From positions 6,696,001 through 6,760,000 of the forward strand of contig JAQFVV010000003.1 of the NCBI GenBank assembly GCA_028023455.1: DNA of 64,000 nt, written 5' to 3'. This document shows, in pieces, positions 1 to 13,717 of this stretch (position 1 is its first letter; every line of letters begins with the position of its first letter). Made by a program: the position numbers and the translations under genes. The stretch comes from Epiperipatus broadwayi. Taxonomy: Eukaryota > Animalia > Onychophora. The notes below the pieces were generated by a model, which was given only the letters and a program-made list of their open reading frames with translations, had not been told where the DNA came from and ran no database searches.

Positions 1-1270
1 GTTTTTTTCATCTGCAATGCAATTTGCCCACAAAATATTACAAACCACTAAGTTCCAACTGCAAAACAATTGTTTAATATCAGATATTTTATTTTTTGCA
101 TCATATTATCATCAAATTTCTTTACAACAATAAAATAAAAAGTTAGCACTTTTTTTAAGTATTTTTGGTGATAACAATATATTAAAAATATTAATATTAA
201 ATTAATTCTTTTATTTGCAATATTGAAGAATTATTTATATTACAAATATTATCTAGTATTAAATACTTTGTTTTGCTAAATATTTTTGTTTACATCTTAA
301 AAGGGTATAAAGTGAAGTCCTGAGCTATACATTATACTAATGTACACAACTTTAATTATATGCATGCAAAAAAAATGAAAACACATAAACAAAAATGTAA
401 ATAAACAAGGAATAAATACAAAGATTTGCATATTTAATATATTTTACAATATTCAAGCAGCCATTTTTCCATCTCTGAGCATAACATGTGATCATGTTTA
501 TTAATAAAATTTTATCAGTTTATGTTAAAAGCACATACATTTTATCTTTATTATCATTTCTGAATTTAATGTGCAGTATTTCAAGTAATGAAATGTTTTT
601 TAAGCTTAATGCTAAAAGTTTTACAAAATTTCACAACATATTTAAAGTTGATACTAATTTAAAAACATCAAAACAATTACAGAGATGTAATTTCATGATA
701 TCAAGATTGCTATTATGTTTAATGAAATAAAAAAGTCATTGAAAAAAAATCATCTACAGCATATTTAATAGTGATGAAAATCAGACATTTTGCTATTTAC
801 TTTATTTAAAAGTACACCTTTTTTTTTCTTATTCTTATTTTTATAATAAATGAATTCGTGATTAATAACTATATTTTTATACTTTTTTAAAATTTTTTTT
901 ATATGATAATTTGAATTTACAAATCCATACTGTACATATAAAAAAGGATTTATGTTAAATATATGTGCATGCTGAAAAGTACTGTACACTTGAAGTTCAA
1001 TAAATAATACATATTCTATTCTAATCAAAATTTATCAACATAATGTAAGATATTATGCACAATGTAAAATGTACACATAGAGTTTGGAATAGAATATAAC
1101 ATATGTTGCAGCTCCACTGTACATATTTTTTAATATTTGGATACTACTAAATGTTTATATATGTATATGAATATATATAAATCAATGTGCTAAAAACTCC
1201 ACAGTGTGTAAATTAAAAAATACGTTTTATATATATATGTAATAATTCTCAAAGCTAAATTAGTTTATAA

Positions 1271-1438
1271 ATAACCATTAGAAACCAGTCAACACTTAGA
1301 CAATCTTAATATAGATAACAATCAACAATCTCATACTCTTGTCAAGGCAAAGGAGGTTGCCTTGACAACAGTTGTGAGATTGTTGATTGTTATCTATATT
1401 GGGATTGTCTTAAGTGTTGACTGGTTTCTAATGGTTAT
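1271..1438. repeat. Fold-back inverted repeat (MITE-like), ~80-bp arms, 6-nt loop
   Basis: ATAACCATTAGAAACCAGTCAACACTTAGACAATC...GTCAAGGCAA (1271-1350), loop AGGAGG, then the reverse complement TTGCCTTGAC...GACTGGTTTCTAATGGTTAT (1357-1438) with several mismatches; the right side runs into (TA)n. Confidence 0.9.
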
Positions 1439-3065
1439 ATATATATATAATATTATAAATGTTTTTGTATTTAATGGATATATGGTATAGAATTTACAAA
1501 TATTCACATATTTATGGTACTCACAAGAACTTTGAAATCAGATGTCATGAACATGACAATTCTACTATACATCATGACAAAATAGCATATGCTTGATATT
1601 CTGATAATGTTTCACCAAATAACAGCATGAATGCCAAGAAAAATCATTGAAGACTTTTTTATACTTTAATATCTATTATAAAAAACAAAATATCACATGT
1701 CCATTGATTACTGGTATTTACAATAAAAGGATCTGACATAGTCATAGACTACTTAACAAATATTATTGAGAAAGCAATTACTTTTAAATATTCAGTAATG
1801 ATATTTAAATAAATATTAGCTTATCATTAGTACAAAACAACTCAATGAATATCATTGTTCTGGATTTTTGTAATTTTCTAAATATGATATGAAAGTCACA
1901 TTATAATTATCAAATATGATATTAACACTAAAATAAACATTAAATTTAAAAAAAAAAACATTCTACTAGTGATAAACCAAATGTGTTCAATAAAGTTTAT
2001 TTTGATGTATTAACAGTTGTATGTACAAACAATAGAACAGAATTACCAAAGATGATCTGTTGGCATTATCAAAAACTTTTACAAAACAAGAGCTACTAAT
2101 TGATGGCTTGGTAACAAAAAAAAAAAAACAAATTTCATGCTCACGGTGATCTTTGAAGTTCAATGGATCCATGGTAGAATATTTTTGGAATAGAAATTCA
2201 TAATATGAACTATGAAAATTAAATTATTTTAATTCAAAAATTAAGATGCTGTAATTATTTGTTAATTATATTGTTTCAAACAACTTGTTTAACAATGATA
2301 TCATATACTGATTATCCATAAATTTATTATTTATTCTCAGTGACCTTGACTTTTTAAGATACTATGATTAAATAAGAAATATTAACTTGCTGTTGCTTCC
2401 CATTTATTTTTACAAAATTCTTTAAAAAATATAAATGTTATGTCTATTAACTTAAAAAGCAAAAACACAGTGGGCACATGATCAGCTTAAACTCATAAAA
2501 ATATCATTTTCAGGAGATTGAAAATTTACTAGTGAGCTTATTTTTTTTTATAGATAACTGATCCATAGACAACCCAAAAAGGTATCCAATTATTAACTAT
2601 AAAATATTATGTAGACATTCTTCACTAGAAGGTAAAGCAATGGAAAAAAACTTTCACCAACTTGAGGTTGCACCTGATGAAGAAGTCTTTTCCTTTGCTA
2701 TTCCTCAATGTAGTAGAAATGCAAGAGTGCTTTATTTTGCAATGTGCTATGTATAAAAAAAACCATAAAAAGTTCTACAAATGTAAAATATATTTGTATT
2801 TGAAATGTAAGTCAAAGGCATGATAAAGAAATGCAATAATTTTCGTTTTTAATAAAAGAAGATGAATGAGATAGAATAGGAACAAAGCTACAATTAGAAA
2901 ACCTATGGAAAGTCTTGCTAAATAAAGATGTTATATAAGTTTGATGATAGTAATGCAATTTGTCAAATGAAATATACCTTAGAGATGTTGGGTAACATGT
3001 GTGGATATATTTGATTATTTTGCATAATCATTATTTTTAACTTTTTATTCATTGTCTTTTTTTTC

Positions 3066-3383
<318 letters not shown>

Positions 3384-4606
3384 TGGAGTAGATTAGTCAT
3401 ACTTGTTTATGAGTAGCTGTTAATGATAATGATAGAATATTAAATTATATATATATATTGAAATAGACAGGTTGTTTCACATATATAATTTGAAGTCCCT
3501 CACCCATTTAAGACTGTCGAGATAAAATAAAAAAAGCTGACACAGTTTTCAAAAATAAAAGTTAAGATGAAATAAAAAGATGACAGCAATTTAAAAATTA
3601 ATATTCTAAAATATTAAAAATACTGTTAAAGTATTTACAGATTATCAAAAAGAAGGCTGTAATTAACAATTAATAAAAAAAAGCTTGCCGTGGGCATAAA
3701 AATCAATAGATGTTTTTCAAAAATATCAGATAAGAGTTATTAGAATCTGCTCCTGCCAAAAATAGATGGCCAATGAGGAAAGAAAATAAACACATGGATC
3801 TCTGAGAAGATTAATGGAAGATTGATGTTAGATTGATCCCAAAAACTGAGAGATAAGAAAAGCATAAGTAGCAGACATATGGTTAGAAAGCACAAAGACT
3901 GTTATTAGTGAAATCCATGTTATATGACTACTAGCCCAACAAAGCTTGGAGCACTGTGAATAATAAAAAGAAAAAACCTGTAACTAAAAAAAATATTAAA
4001 TGAAGAAACAATTGTTTAAAACATTATATCTTCAAATGTCTGGGTAAAAAAATAGCTTTCTCTCTTCTTTGCCCTCGGTTCAGTTATGAAGTAAAATAAA
4101 ATCAGGCCTGTGAATTGACCATCGACTTGTTAAGCTCTCAGAACATTCTTCATTGATTGGAAAATTTATAATGAACCACCAGCAGATGTAGGGTTCAGGT
4201 AGGGAACTTATACATCTTTTATAGCCTTTTATAATAGGTAAAAATATTTTGCAAATTTGTATTTCTTAAGTTAAAATATAATATAATGCAATGTTGCTTT
4301 TAAATTAATTGATTGTAAGTAAAAGGAAATATATTTAAAAATGTAATGCAGGGGAGTAATAGGTGAAATAAAAATACTTTGTAAGATGTGTTTATTAAAA
4401 TAATGTATGATATAATAAAATGTCATTTTTTGAATTGATTGATTATTAAAATGCTTCCAAATAATAAAAAAATATTTATTCTGAATAACGGTTATTATTT
4501 TATAAAAAAACAAAAAAACTTTGATAGAATGAATTGCCTCAGGAACCACACATACATAAATTAAGGAAATGTTTATATATGTGAATTAAGGAATAATAAT
4601 ATAATG

Positions 4607-5506
4607 CTCTTCCAAATAATGACTTTAAACTGTATTGATATGATTAATAAGTGGTTCAAACCCACACTGAATATATTAAGTAATAATAAATCTCTTTCAA
4701 ATAATGACTTCAAATGGTATTTATACGATGAATAAGTGGTTCAAACCCACACTGAATATTAAGTAATAATAAATCTCTTCCAAATAATGATTTCAAAATG
4801 TATTGATATGATGAATATGTGGTTCAAATCCACACTTAATATTAAGTAATAAATCAATTCCAAAGAATGACTTCAAACTGTATTGATATGATTAATAAGT
4901 GGTTCAAACCCACACTGAATATATTAAGTAATAATAAATCTCTTCTAAATAATGATTTCAAACTGTATTGAAATGGTGAATAAGTGGTTCAAACCCACAC
5001 TTAATATATTAAGTGATAATAAATCTCTTTCAAATAATGACTTCAAATGGTATTGATATGATGAATAAGTGGTTCAAACCACACTGAATATTAAATAATA
5101 ATAAATCTCTTCCAAAGAATGACTTCAAACTGTATTGATATGATTAATAAGTGGTTCAAACCCACACTGAATATATTAAGTAATAATAAATCTCTTCTAA
5201 ATAATGATTTCAAATTGTATTGAAATGGTGAATAAGTGGTTCAAACCCACACTTAATATATTAAGTGATAATAAATCTCTTTCAAATAATGACTTCAAAC
5301 TGTATTGAAATGGTGAATAAGTGATTCAAACCCACACAGAATATTAAGTAATAATAAATTTCTTCTAAAGAATGACTTCAAATTGTATTGAAATAGTGAA
5401 TAAGTGATTCAAATCCACACTGAATATATTAAGTAATAATAAATCTCTTCCCAATAATGACTTCAAAATGTATTGATATGATGAATAAATGGTTCAAGCC
5501 CACACT
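4607..5506. repeat. Minisatellite, 11 units of 80-85 bp
   Basis: The motif GTGGTTCAAACCCACAC (or a variant) recurs at 4651, 4736, 4819, 4899, 4984, 5069, 5151, 5236, 5321, 5404 and 5489; the whole unit is conserved, not just the motif. Confidence 0.95.
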
Positions 5507-6519
5507 TGTATGATATGTAAAATTAAAATAAATACTTTGGAATTTCTGAATTAAAACACATATTTCTCGATACCTGGATTAAAATAAGTACTTCAAGATA
5601 CTTGGATGGAATAAATACTTCAAAATACCTAAATAAAGTAATTACTTCTATACACATGGATATGTATCTATGCAGATGAGGGAGCTTCAAACTTAAAAGG
5701 ACAATTCTCACTAAGAAACAATCAGAAAAACATCCATAATGAGCACATGGATATGAAGACAGCCAGTATAGAGACTGTCAGAAAACTTTTCCTTCTTCTT
5801 CAAGAACTTTATAAGCCATATTGTTATTAAATAAAGTTATTCTTTCAAAATAAATAATACCTTTTGTCAATTTCATTTGCATCATTCATCCATTTTATGC
5901 ACTGGTTCACAACAATCTCATGTCTCCTGAGCTATGTTTGGCATAACAGACAATGGTAGGTAAGGTTGTAGTGAGATGGAACTCTAGTGGCACTGTTTGG
6001 GAAACCAAACACATAAATTTCTAGATGCTTCCAGTCTCTATGGTGCTACATCTTCTGATAAGCAGGAAATATTGTTGTAGGTGGGGTAACATCTGCATTG
6101 GGGAATGCCAATCGATAATTCCTTCCTGCAATATACTCATCAGGAAATAGTTACAACCACTATAAAGAGGTTGGATGATCTTGTCCAGTTATGGGATATA
6201 TATATATACACATATGACACACTGCCCCACAGTAAAAAGATGATTAATATAATAAAACATAAGGCATTATATTAATTAAGTTCTGTTTTTATTATTGATT
6301 ATTCAAAAAAGTTTCCTCATGACTCAATTCACTACTGGAATTGATTGTAAAACTGTTTGAAGTAATCCCAAAAATCCTCCAGTAAAGTTGTCTGCAGAAA
6401 CTTCATAGAAACAGCCTGGATTGAACTATGACCTGCTCTTTTCATGGCTAATTTTATTTTTGAAAACAATCAAAAGTCAAATCCAAAATTTGGAAAATAG
6501 AGTGAGTGCTTAAGCATAA

Positions 6520-7230
6520 AAATGCTTTTTGATGTTCAGATTTTATATTTAATCAAACATAACATTTGGGAAGGTGATTGGAACATTTTGTATTTGAATT
6601 TTCAGCTAGCAATATGCCCTGGGATATTTTCTTACATATTTATTTTGGAAAATAGCAAAGTTTAAACTGATTAATGCTGTAGTCTTTCTTTGTTACATAA
6701 GTTAAACATGTTTGTTTACTAGCAATTTTTGATTATTGCTAATTTCATTTCATGATCTTTGTTTGAACGTCTGAATTTCATTTATAACATCATTGCAACA
6801 TACATATGTTGCAATGATGTTATAAATGAAATCTTTTTAAGACAGCTGTTTGAAGTTCAAACTTTATATTTGTTCATAGAGGGCACTGTGGGAATTGTAT
6901 AATGATTGGAAGGATGATTTGAATATGTTGTATTAGAATTTTCAGCCAGAAGTATACATTGGGATATTTTCTTGTATAGCAAAGTTTAAAATGACTAATG
7001 TCGTAGTCTTTCTATATATACATAAATTAAGCATACTTGCTTACTAGCAATTTATAATTATTGCTAATTTAATTTCAAGCTCTTTGTTTGAATAATCTGG
7101 ATGGTTGCAATATACAATTCAAGAGAATATCCTTTTGAGTCATGTTGTTTGGTATTCAGACTTTATATTTCTTCACAGAATGTATTGTTGAAAAAACAAT
7201 ATTTGGGAGAATGATTTGAAAATTTTGTAT
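6520..7230. repeat. Diverged tandem duplication (~300-340-bp period, ~2.3 copies) containing a 58-bp perfect palindrome
   Basis: GGGATATTTTCTT at 6621 and 6961; TTTATATTT anchors near 6541, 6862 and 7161; 28-bp perfect arms at 6775-6802 and 6805-6832. Confidence 0.8.
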
Positions 7231-8995
7231 ATATATTAATTGAAGCTCTCTATAAGTTCTTCCTACATTTATACTATTGCTTATTAAATAACAATGCTAA
7301 ATCAAATGATGTTATTGCTGGCATGAAATAAGAAACAATATTAGAAAGATTAAATATTGGAATTAAAAGCATATAAAAAAAATCACAATGAAGATAAAAA
7401 AAATGAATCTATATACATATGTAAAAAAACATAGTTTTTAAATAATCACTTCTGAATAGCCTTCTATAACATCTTCATACACATAAGCAGTGGTAGAATG
7501 AGAGACTCAATAATTTACATTTTTGAATTGAAAACTCATCTTGTTACATTTAGAGGTTGAATAGCTATCCTTTCTCAAGCAACAAATTATTTGATTATTT
7601 TTTATAGACAACTGAAATGTAAATCAAATCCTAAGACGTTGTAAAAACGCAAGGGAAAAAAATCAACATGAGATGAGACGTGAAAAGAAATAGTTGAAGA
7701 AATGATCTGAAGAAGATAATATATAAATGGGAAAACTGAAATAAAATGGAAAACATCATCTTAGACTATTGTTATAAGTTTATAAAAATAAGATTTTATT
7801 TAAATAATAGTGTAAAACCAAACTGAAAAATAATTGTATATTTTCCTAACTCTCCATATACACACATTTAACTTTAAGGGCATAATAGTTTTAATTCTGA
7901 GGTCTTTTTTTTTTAATAAGAATGTTGAAGTCTTCATTAAAGAATGAAAAAATAAAATTTCAGACATTTTTTGTGTACACTAACATTGAGACTAGATAAG
8001 AATAATACATTAACGGTCATAATTAAAACAAATTTAAAAAAAAGAAAAGATGTGAACGTTTTGGGAAAAAAATTGGAAGTAATTTGTCCGTCCCCCCTCC
8101 TCAATTGCAATTATTAATAATTTAATAAAATTTCTTTTTTAAAAATGCTACAAAATAATAATAACCTAATTATTTTATTATATATAAAAAAATGTCCAAT
8201 AAAAATTTATCTGCAATAATTTTGAAAGTTCTTGAGATGGATTTTCAATGCTACATTATTTGACAACTTCCCAACATAACAATATTATATTACAATTTTG
8301 CTTTTTGTTTTTTCATCATGTGTACCAACACTTATATGACCAAAGCAAATTAATTTGGGAATCTTTATCTCCCAGCCAGTATCTTTTTGCCAATCAATAA
8401 TTAATAACTACCTAGATTGCTATGGGTTAGATATCTGAAAGAAAAACAATTAATGATTGCTGTCATTGGCAATATAAGTGAAAAAACTTGCAATGTTAAA
8501 TTAGAGACTTAATAGCAAGTTGTTGGTTTTTTTTTTTTTAATTTAATTATAAATAAAGGGATGTTTTTGAATAAATCTAGTTGCAAGCTTCTAATAAATA
8601 AAAAAGCAATGACTAGAAACTACATTAAATAATATAAATTAATGGAATGATTAATTGCTTTTAAAAGTTATGTGTTGTTTGACTATCAGAAATGAAGAGT
8701 TTTTGATTCAAAAATTGTCCATCATTTATTTTATAGAAAATTGCAAAACAATTCATTTAAAAAAGAAATTGTTAATTTACTATATGTGAGAACAATATTT
8801 ATTATAATTAATTTAAATACAGCTTATTTAGAGATGTTAAGTGACTGTATTTAAGGGTCTGAGCAAGATAATAAATACGGTCTCCTGGCAATATTTAATA
8901 AGTGCATTTATTTAATAATAAGAAGAATCAAGTTACTTTTACAAAATACTGTTTTTAAGCAAAACTTATATATATACATATATATATATATCAAA

Positions 8996-9110
8996 ATGAC
9001 CCCAAATTCACAACTCAACCAGACTAGCCAAACAAAAAAAAACTCTAAAACACAACCAATGATTTCACTGCTGCAAACAGATTTCTCAAATATAACGAAC
9101 TACAATATAA
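8996..9110 (+). repeat. Partial copy of the terminal arm of the 59.8-60.4-kb fold-back element
   Basis: ATGACCCCAAATTCACAACTCAACCAGACTAGCCAAAC...AACTCTAAAACACAACCAATG matches ATTACCCCTAATTCACAACTAAACCAGACTAGCTAAG...AACTCTAAAACACTACCAATG at 59809. Confidence 0.85.
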
Positions 9111-9289
9111 TGATTATAAATATATACCCACACATCAATATACAAAAATATATACAAAAAGTTAGTTTACTTGACATCTTGAAATATTTATATAAAATTC
9201 AATCAAGTACCATTTTATTACACACAATATTAATATCATATTTGGTTATGTAATTCTAAGGCAGTATGTAACTTGCTTGTACTGAATTT

Positions 9290-9455
9290 TTGATATGTGT
9301 AAGCAGAGGGATTTGAACTCAGGATTTTTCAGTCTATTCATCGTCCAGTTCATCTCAAGCAACTGATATACATAATCAATAACATGAAAAAAAGATGCAT
9401 GATCCCCCAATATATGTATTTCAAGCAGAATCAGTAAATATCAGTTGGACCAGGT
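9290..9455 (-). mobile_element. Degenerate copy of HHR + B-box repeat family (family 1)
   Basis: The minus strand reads CCAA CTGATAT TTACTGATTCTGCTT GAAA TACATA TA TTGG (9448-9407), then GGATCATGCATCTTTTT..., then CCTGAGTTCAAATCCC (9323-9308). The order and flanks match the 25.0-kb copy. Confidence 0.7.
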
Positions 9456-12400
9456 CTTAATCTCTCACACATATATAAAATTAGTGCTGGGTCTATATTA
9501 AAATAGCTAATCTCAGTTCACTACAATATATATTCTTTTAATTATAGAAGACGTGGATTGTATTGCAGTCAAGAATCTTGCTTTAACAATTTATAAAAAA
9601 GTTGAAATGTTAAATAAATTGAGTGGAGTTTCTGTCCATAAACTGTATGAAGCTACTTGTGATAAAACAATTTACAATTAGCAAGTTACATGAATTGTTA
9701 GATAATCTAAGCAAAGAGTTTAAAAAAATCATAATTAAAAGTTGTTCATTTTCTAAACGAAGAGTTAATATAGTCATATTAATTGAGTTTTTATTCATAA
9801 AAAAAAAAGAGTTAACAGAGTTACATAATTATCACTCATCACGAGTTATTGAATTTTTATTTGATATAATATATATATATCAGTTTGTGAAAGAACAAAA
9901 CATAAAAAAATTTTGTCTTGAGAAAATAAATTAAGAAGATAGAACATGGAAAGCAATAAATTTACTTTAAAAAAAAAAAAATTCATCCTTAAGCTATGTA
10001 AATTATATTTTACTGGTTTAGAAAGTGAAAAGTAATAGATGGGAATATATAATGGTCAACAAAGAATGAAAACTATTTCTTCATACCATGAACTATCCAT
10101 AAAATGTATACAAAAATGATGAAAGCAAAGTTCTTCATAAGCAAACACAGTATATATTAATACATTAATACCTAATTTTTATAAATTAATTTAATACCAT
10201 TCAGGGATAGTCTTTAAATTTCTTTCATTTTTGCTATTATCATAGAATACTTTAGTAAACAAAGTATCATATAACTTTCTCATTATATTTTTGATATAAT
10301 CATTAGGAGAAATACTTTCATTTTATTTATTCTAATCCATAGTCATTTATTGTAAGATTTAGTAATCAATGGGTATTAGAAATTTTAATTACATGTTCAA
10401 ATTTTGGCTATTGTACTTCATCCATGAAGCCCACTGAATTGCATTAGCCACTTTTATTTATTTTATACTATTTAAGATAATAATCCTAAGATGTTGTAAC
10501 ATCCAAAGAATTCAAAGTGTTGAACCCAATTCTATTTCCTTGAATAGCTGTATGAATCTGACTAACCTAATAACTATATATTTTAAGGTTGGTCATAGGT
10601 AAATACTCACTAATTATCACTTAACATTTTATAAATTCAGCACAATTTTTCACATCACTTGATATCAAATTCAGCTAGGGACAGAGAAAAAAATAATGGA
10701 TAAATTCTTAAATAGACACAAAGAATAAACTATTCATAGTTATACTTGATACTACTGGGTAAAAATTTGCATTGGATTTATAAAAAAAAATGTTTAATGG
10801 TATTTACTTTATGTAGGATCCAATTCAGCTCCATATTTGTTTCCTCAGAAATAGGATAATTATGGGCATTTTTGATCATATAGAAAGGAGAATATATACT
10901 TGACAAAGCTTCCTATGATTTTTTTCAGTCAACACTCAATCTTTTCAAGCAACATATACTTTTCTAACCAATGCATCTATTTCTTATAACCAAAATAGAT
11001 CAATTTCAACTGGTCATTTGTGTCTCAAATATTGTTTCATAATCTGATTATCAACTTATCCATTTTTCCAACTATTTGAGATATTTGTTAGAAAAATTAA
11101 AAATAGTGAGAACAATTGCAGCATGATTAAATAAAAAGATTATGATAATAATAAAAACTAAGTTTTAAATTGTCCATACAAAAAATAATTGAATAGTTAA
11201 TTGCATATAATGTCATAAACTTAGATCAGACATGGTTAATTCTAAAATCATTCAACCTATTATCATGTTAAACAACCCAAGGATAAATTAATAGTGAAAA
11301 CAATAATGTTAATGGAGTATGACTTTTATTTGAATCATTCATCATCAAAGAATTCACTATCACTGCAATCTGGTTTGAAAAGTCACAATGAAAAGTCTGG
11401 GAAAAGATCTTTTATGAAGGAATTATTTCATTAAATTTTTCTAGCAACAATATCTTCTGCAATTCTCTAGAGATGTAAAATTAGATACTGAAAAAACAAT
11501 GATCGATATGATCAGATGTTAAAGAAGTCAAGTGTTGTTTTAGCATCGAAATGGTCTGAAACAACTGCTTTATTCTGTTGATCAAATTAAGATTTTTTTT
11601 TTACTTTTAGTCAGTTAAGAATTAATTTCGGTTTTTATCTCTCTTATCCGTCTCTGTCATTAGTATGCTAAACTAAAGCTAGCAAAGACTTTGAGAAATG
11701 TTTTCACCACTTCAACACTTACGGAGAATTGCTAAAGATAGCTTCTTTTTTTTATGAATCAGTTGATTCAAATCGATTTGCTTTAAGTCGTGAAGCTGAT
11801 TTGACGTCCTGGTTGTAATTGTTCAAAGTAATTCTTTTATAAAATCTTGGAGAACAGTAATAAAAAAAAATATCTAAATACAATAATTAGAAAGCAGATT
11901 AATTATTCATATTTAACAGCATTTGGAGTTCATAACTTCATTTGTTATACATATTAAGCTATAATTGTCCATCATTATATATATATGCGTATAGGGGGGA
12001 ACAGACTTAAATAGTCTACTGTAGACAAGGCCTTTCCAATAATCTTTCACAGAGAAACAGTCAAAGAAAAAACACTGCTCTTACAATTTAAGTAGTTTTC
12101 CGTTCGTGATTTATTTTTTAGTTTAAAAATGACAAGATTTTTATTTGCCATCTCATATTGGTTTATTAACTGATTTGGCTATGGAATAGCTACTCCCCAA
12201 AAATCCTAAACTTTTTTGAAACTCAAATTCAGTTTCAAAATTTATTTAATCCAAATTCAAATCTAAGTTATGAAAGTGGAAGAAAAATGTATGCTCTATT
12301 CCAGCAATATTAAAACAGTAAGTATGTGTTTCTGTAATTAAAAATGGTCATGCACCACCACTCATCAGATCAATAAAAAAAAACCCATTAATCTGACAAT

Positions 12401-13635
12401 CTTCACAATGTCTAGACCAACGGTCCTATTCGTGACTGAAGGTCCAATTCAGATAATGAAGAGTTATGTGTGTATGTGTGTGTGTCTGGGCAAAAATATT
12501 CTAAAAACTGTATTTTCATTTGACCTTATTTACATATAATGATAATAAATACTGTACTAACAAATATTTGTATAATTTTAATCTGATTAATAGAGTTGTT
12601 CAATATATTTTTTAATTAAATGAAGAGGGATATATTATTTCATTTCACCTCAAGTGATTATTAGAAATGCAAGACTGATATTTTTTAATCAAAACCTTAA
12701 CATTATTATTATATTAGAATTAAAAATATATGTGGTTTGTTTGTTGTTGTTTTTTTTTTAAAAAATATTTAAAAAGAGCCCTCTAATTATTTAAAAAAAG
12801 AAGCTGAAATATTGTTTTGTCAAATGAAATATTCAATTATTACTCAAACTTATCAATAGGTGGTGCTAATATAATAGAAAGATAATTCCAGACTAGAATA
12901 AATTTAAAGAATCAAGAGACATTATCATTTCTAGACAATAATAAAAAAGGCGCCTACTGTTAGAATAGAATCGAGGTTATTAATACATATAGTTATTGAC
13001 TAGGTATCAGATTTAAATAAACGTACAAGCAGATTGGTTTATGTTCAAAGGCCCTAAGATTTTTTAGTTTCAGGCTATTAATTTGGTAGAAATAAAAGAT
13101 TTTAATATTGTCCGCCACATGCATAATTTCACTGATTCCCGTTTTTAAGCATAAGTTTTCATTTATAAAAACAAAAGTCTGAAACTAGTTCTGAGGGTGC
13201 ATTCACAACCATTGATTATTCAAGCTCACAATAAATAATGTTAGAATAGTAGAGAAAAAAAGGTTGTTGAACTTAATGATTTGACCTATAAGGTATTAGG
13301 ACTATCCTGTATGATTTAATGCAATAATAGAGTGGCGGACTGTGGAGCTTAAGATCCATTGACTGAGGTCGGCTCCATTACTTCTGGTGCTCGAACTCGT
13401 ATAAAGTCCAAAACAATAAATCACTTGCTTATATATATATTAAGACCGCCAGTCTATTCTTCTATATAGTTATTAAAATTTGTTCTCAAACATATATGTA
13501 TATTAAACATTAAAAAAATGTTTATTTTTTTGTGTTTATGCACCTGTACATGCAAATGTTTTTAACATTTAAAAAAAATCCATATACTAAATACATAAAT
13601 ATTGAAAATATACATCAGAAAAAAAAACAGATTGA

Positions 13636-13717
13636 TAAAACTGGAAGGATTAAAACAGGCAAAACTCTATACGTATTGCCACTCATACGATGTTTATTGG
13701 CTTAAAACTGGAAGGAT
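13636..13717. mobile_element. Truncated family-2 insertion (52 bp) with 15-bp target-site duplication
   Basis: TAAAACTGGAAGGAT at 13636-13650 and 13703-13717 flanks ...AAACAGGCAAAACTCTATACGTATTGCCACTC..., which matches the terminus of the 21.7-kb element. Confidence 0.65.

Noticed and set aside
3600-3960. Possible RTE LINE 3' remnant
   Set aside because: Only scattered residues resemble the RTE C-terminus; too degenerate to support.
4607-5506. CRISPR-like array
   Set aside because: The sequence between motifs is itself repeated (no unique spacers), there are no cas genes and the context is eukaryotic.
6137-6143. CTGATGA on the minus strand (similar hits near 12362, 19189, 43974; CTGACGA near 36594)
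   Set aside because: No properly spaced stem II + GAAA + NUH + stem I, so these are not called hammerheads.
9580-9800. pogo/Tigger-like HTH fragment (LTIYKKVEMLNKLSGVSV)
   Set aside because: Short resemblance only, with no downstream CENP-B or DDE motifs.
12408-12539. 43-aa ORF MSRPTVLFVTEGPIQIMK...
   Set aside because: No recognisable family, it runs into a (TG)n tract and there is no clear splice donor.
13326-13458. 13-bp imperfect terminal inverted repeat around a GC-richer segment
   Set aside because: Single short match, no TSD and no second copy in the window.
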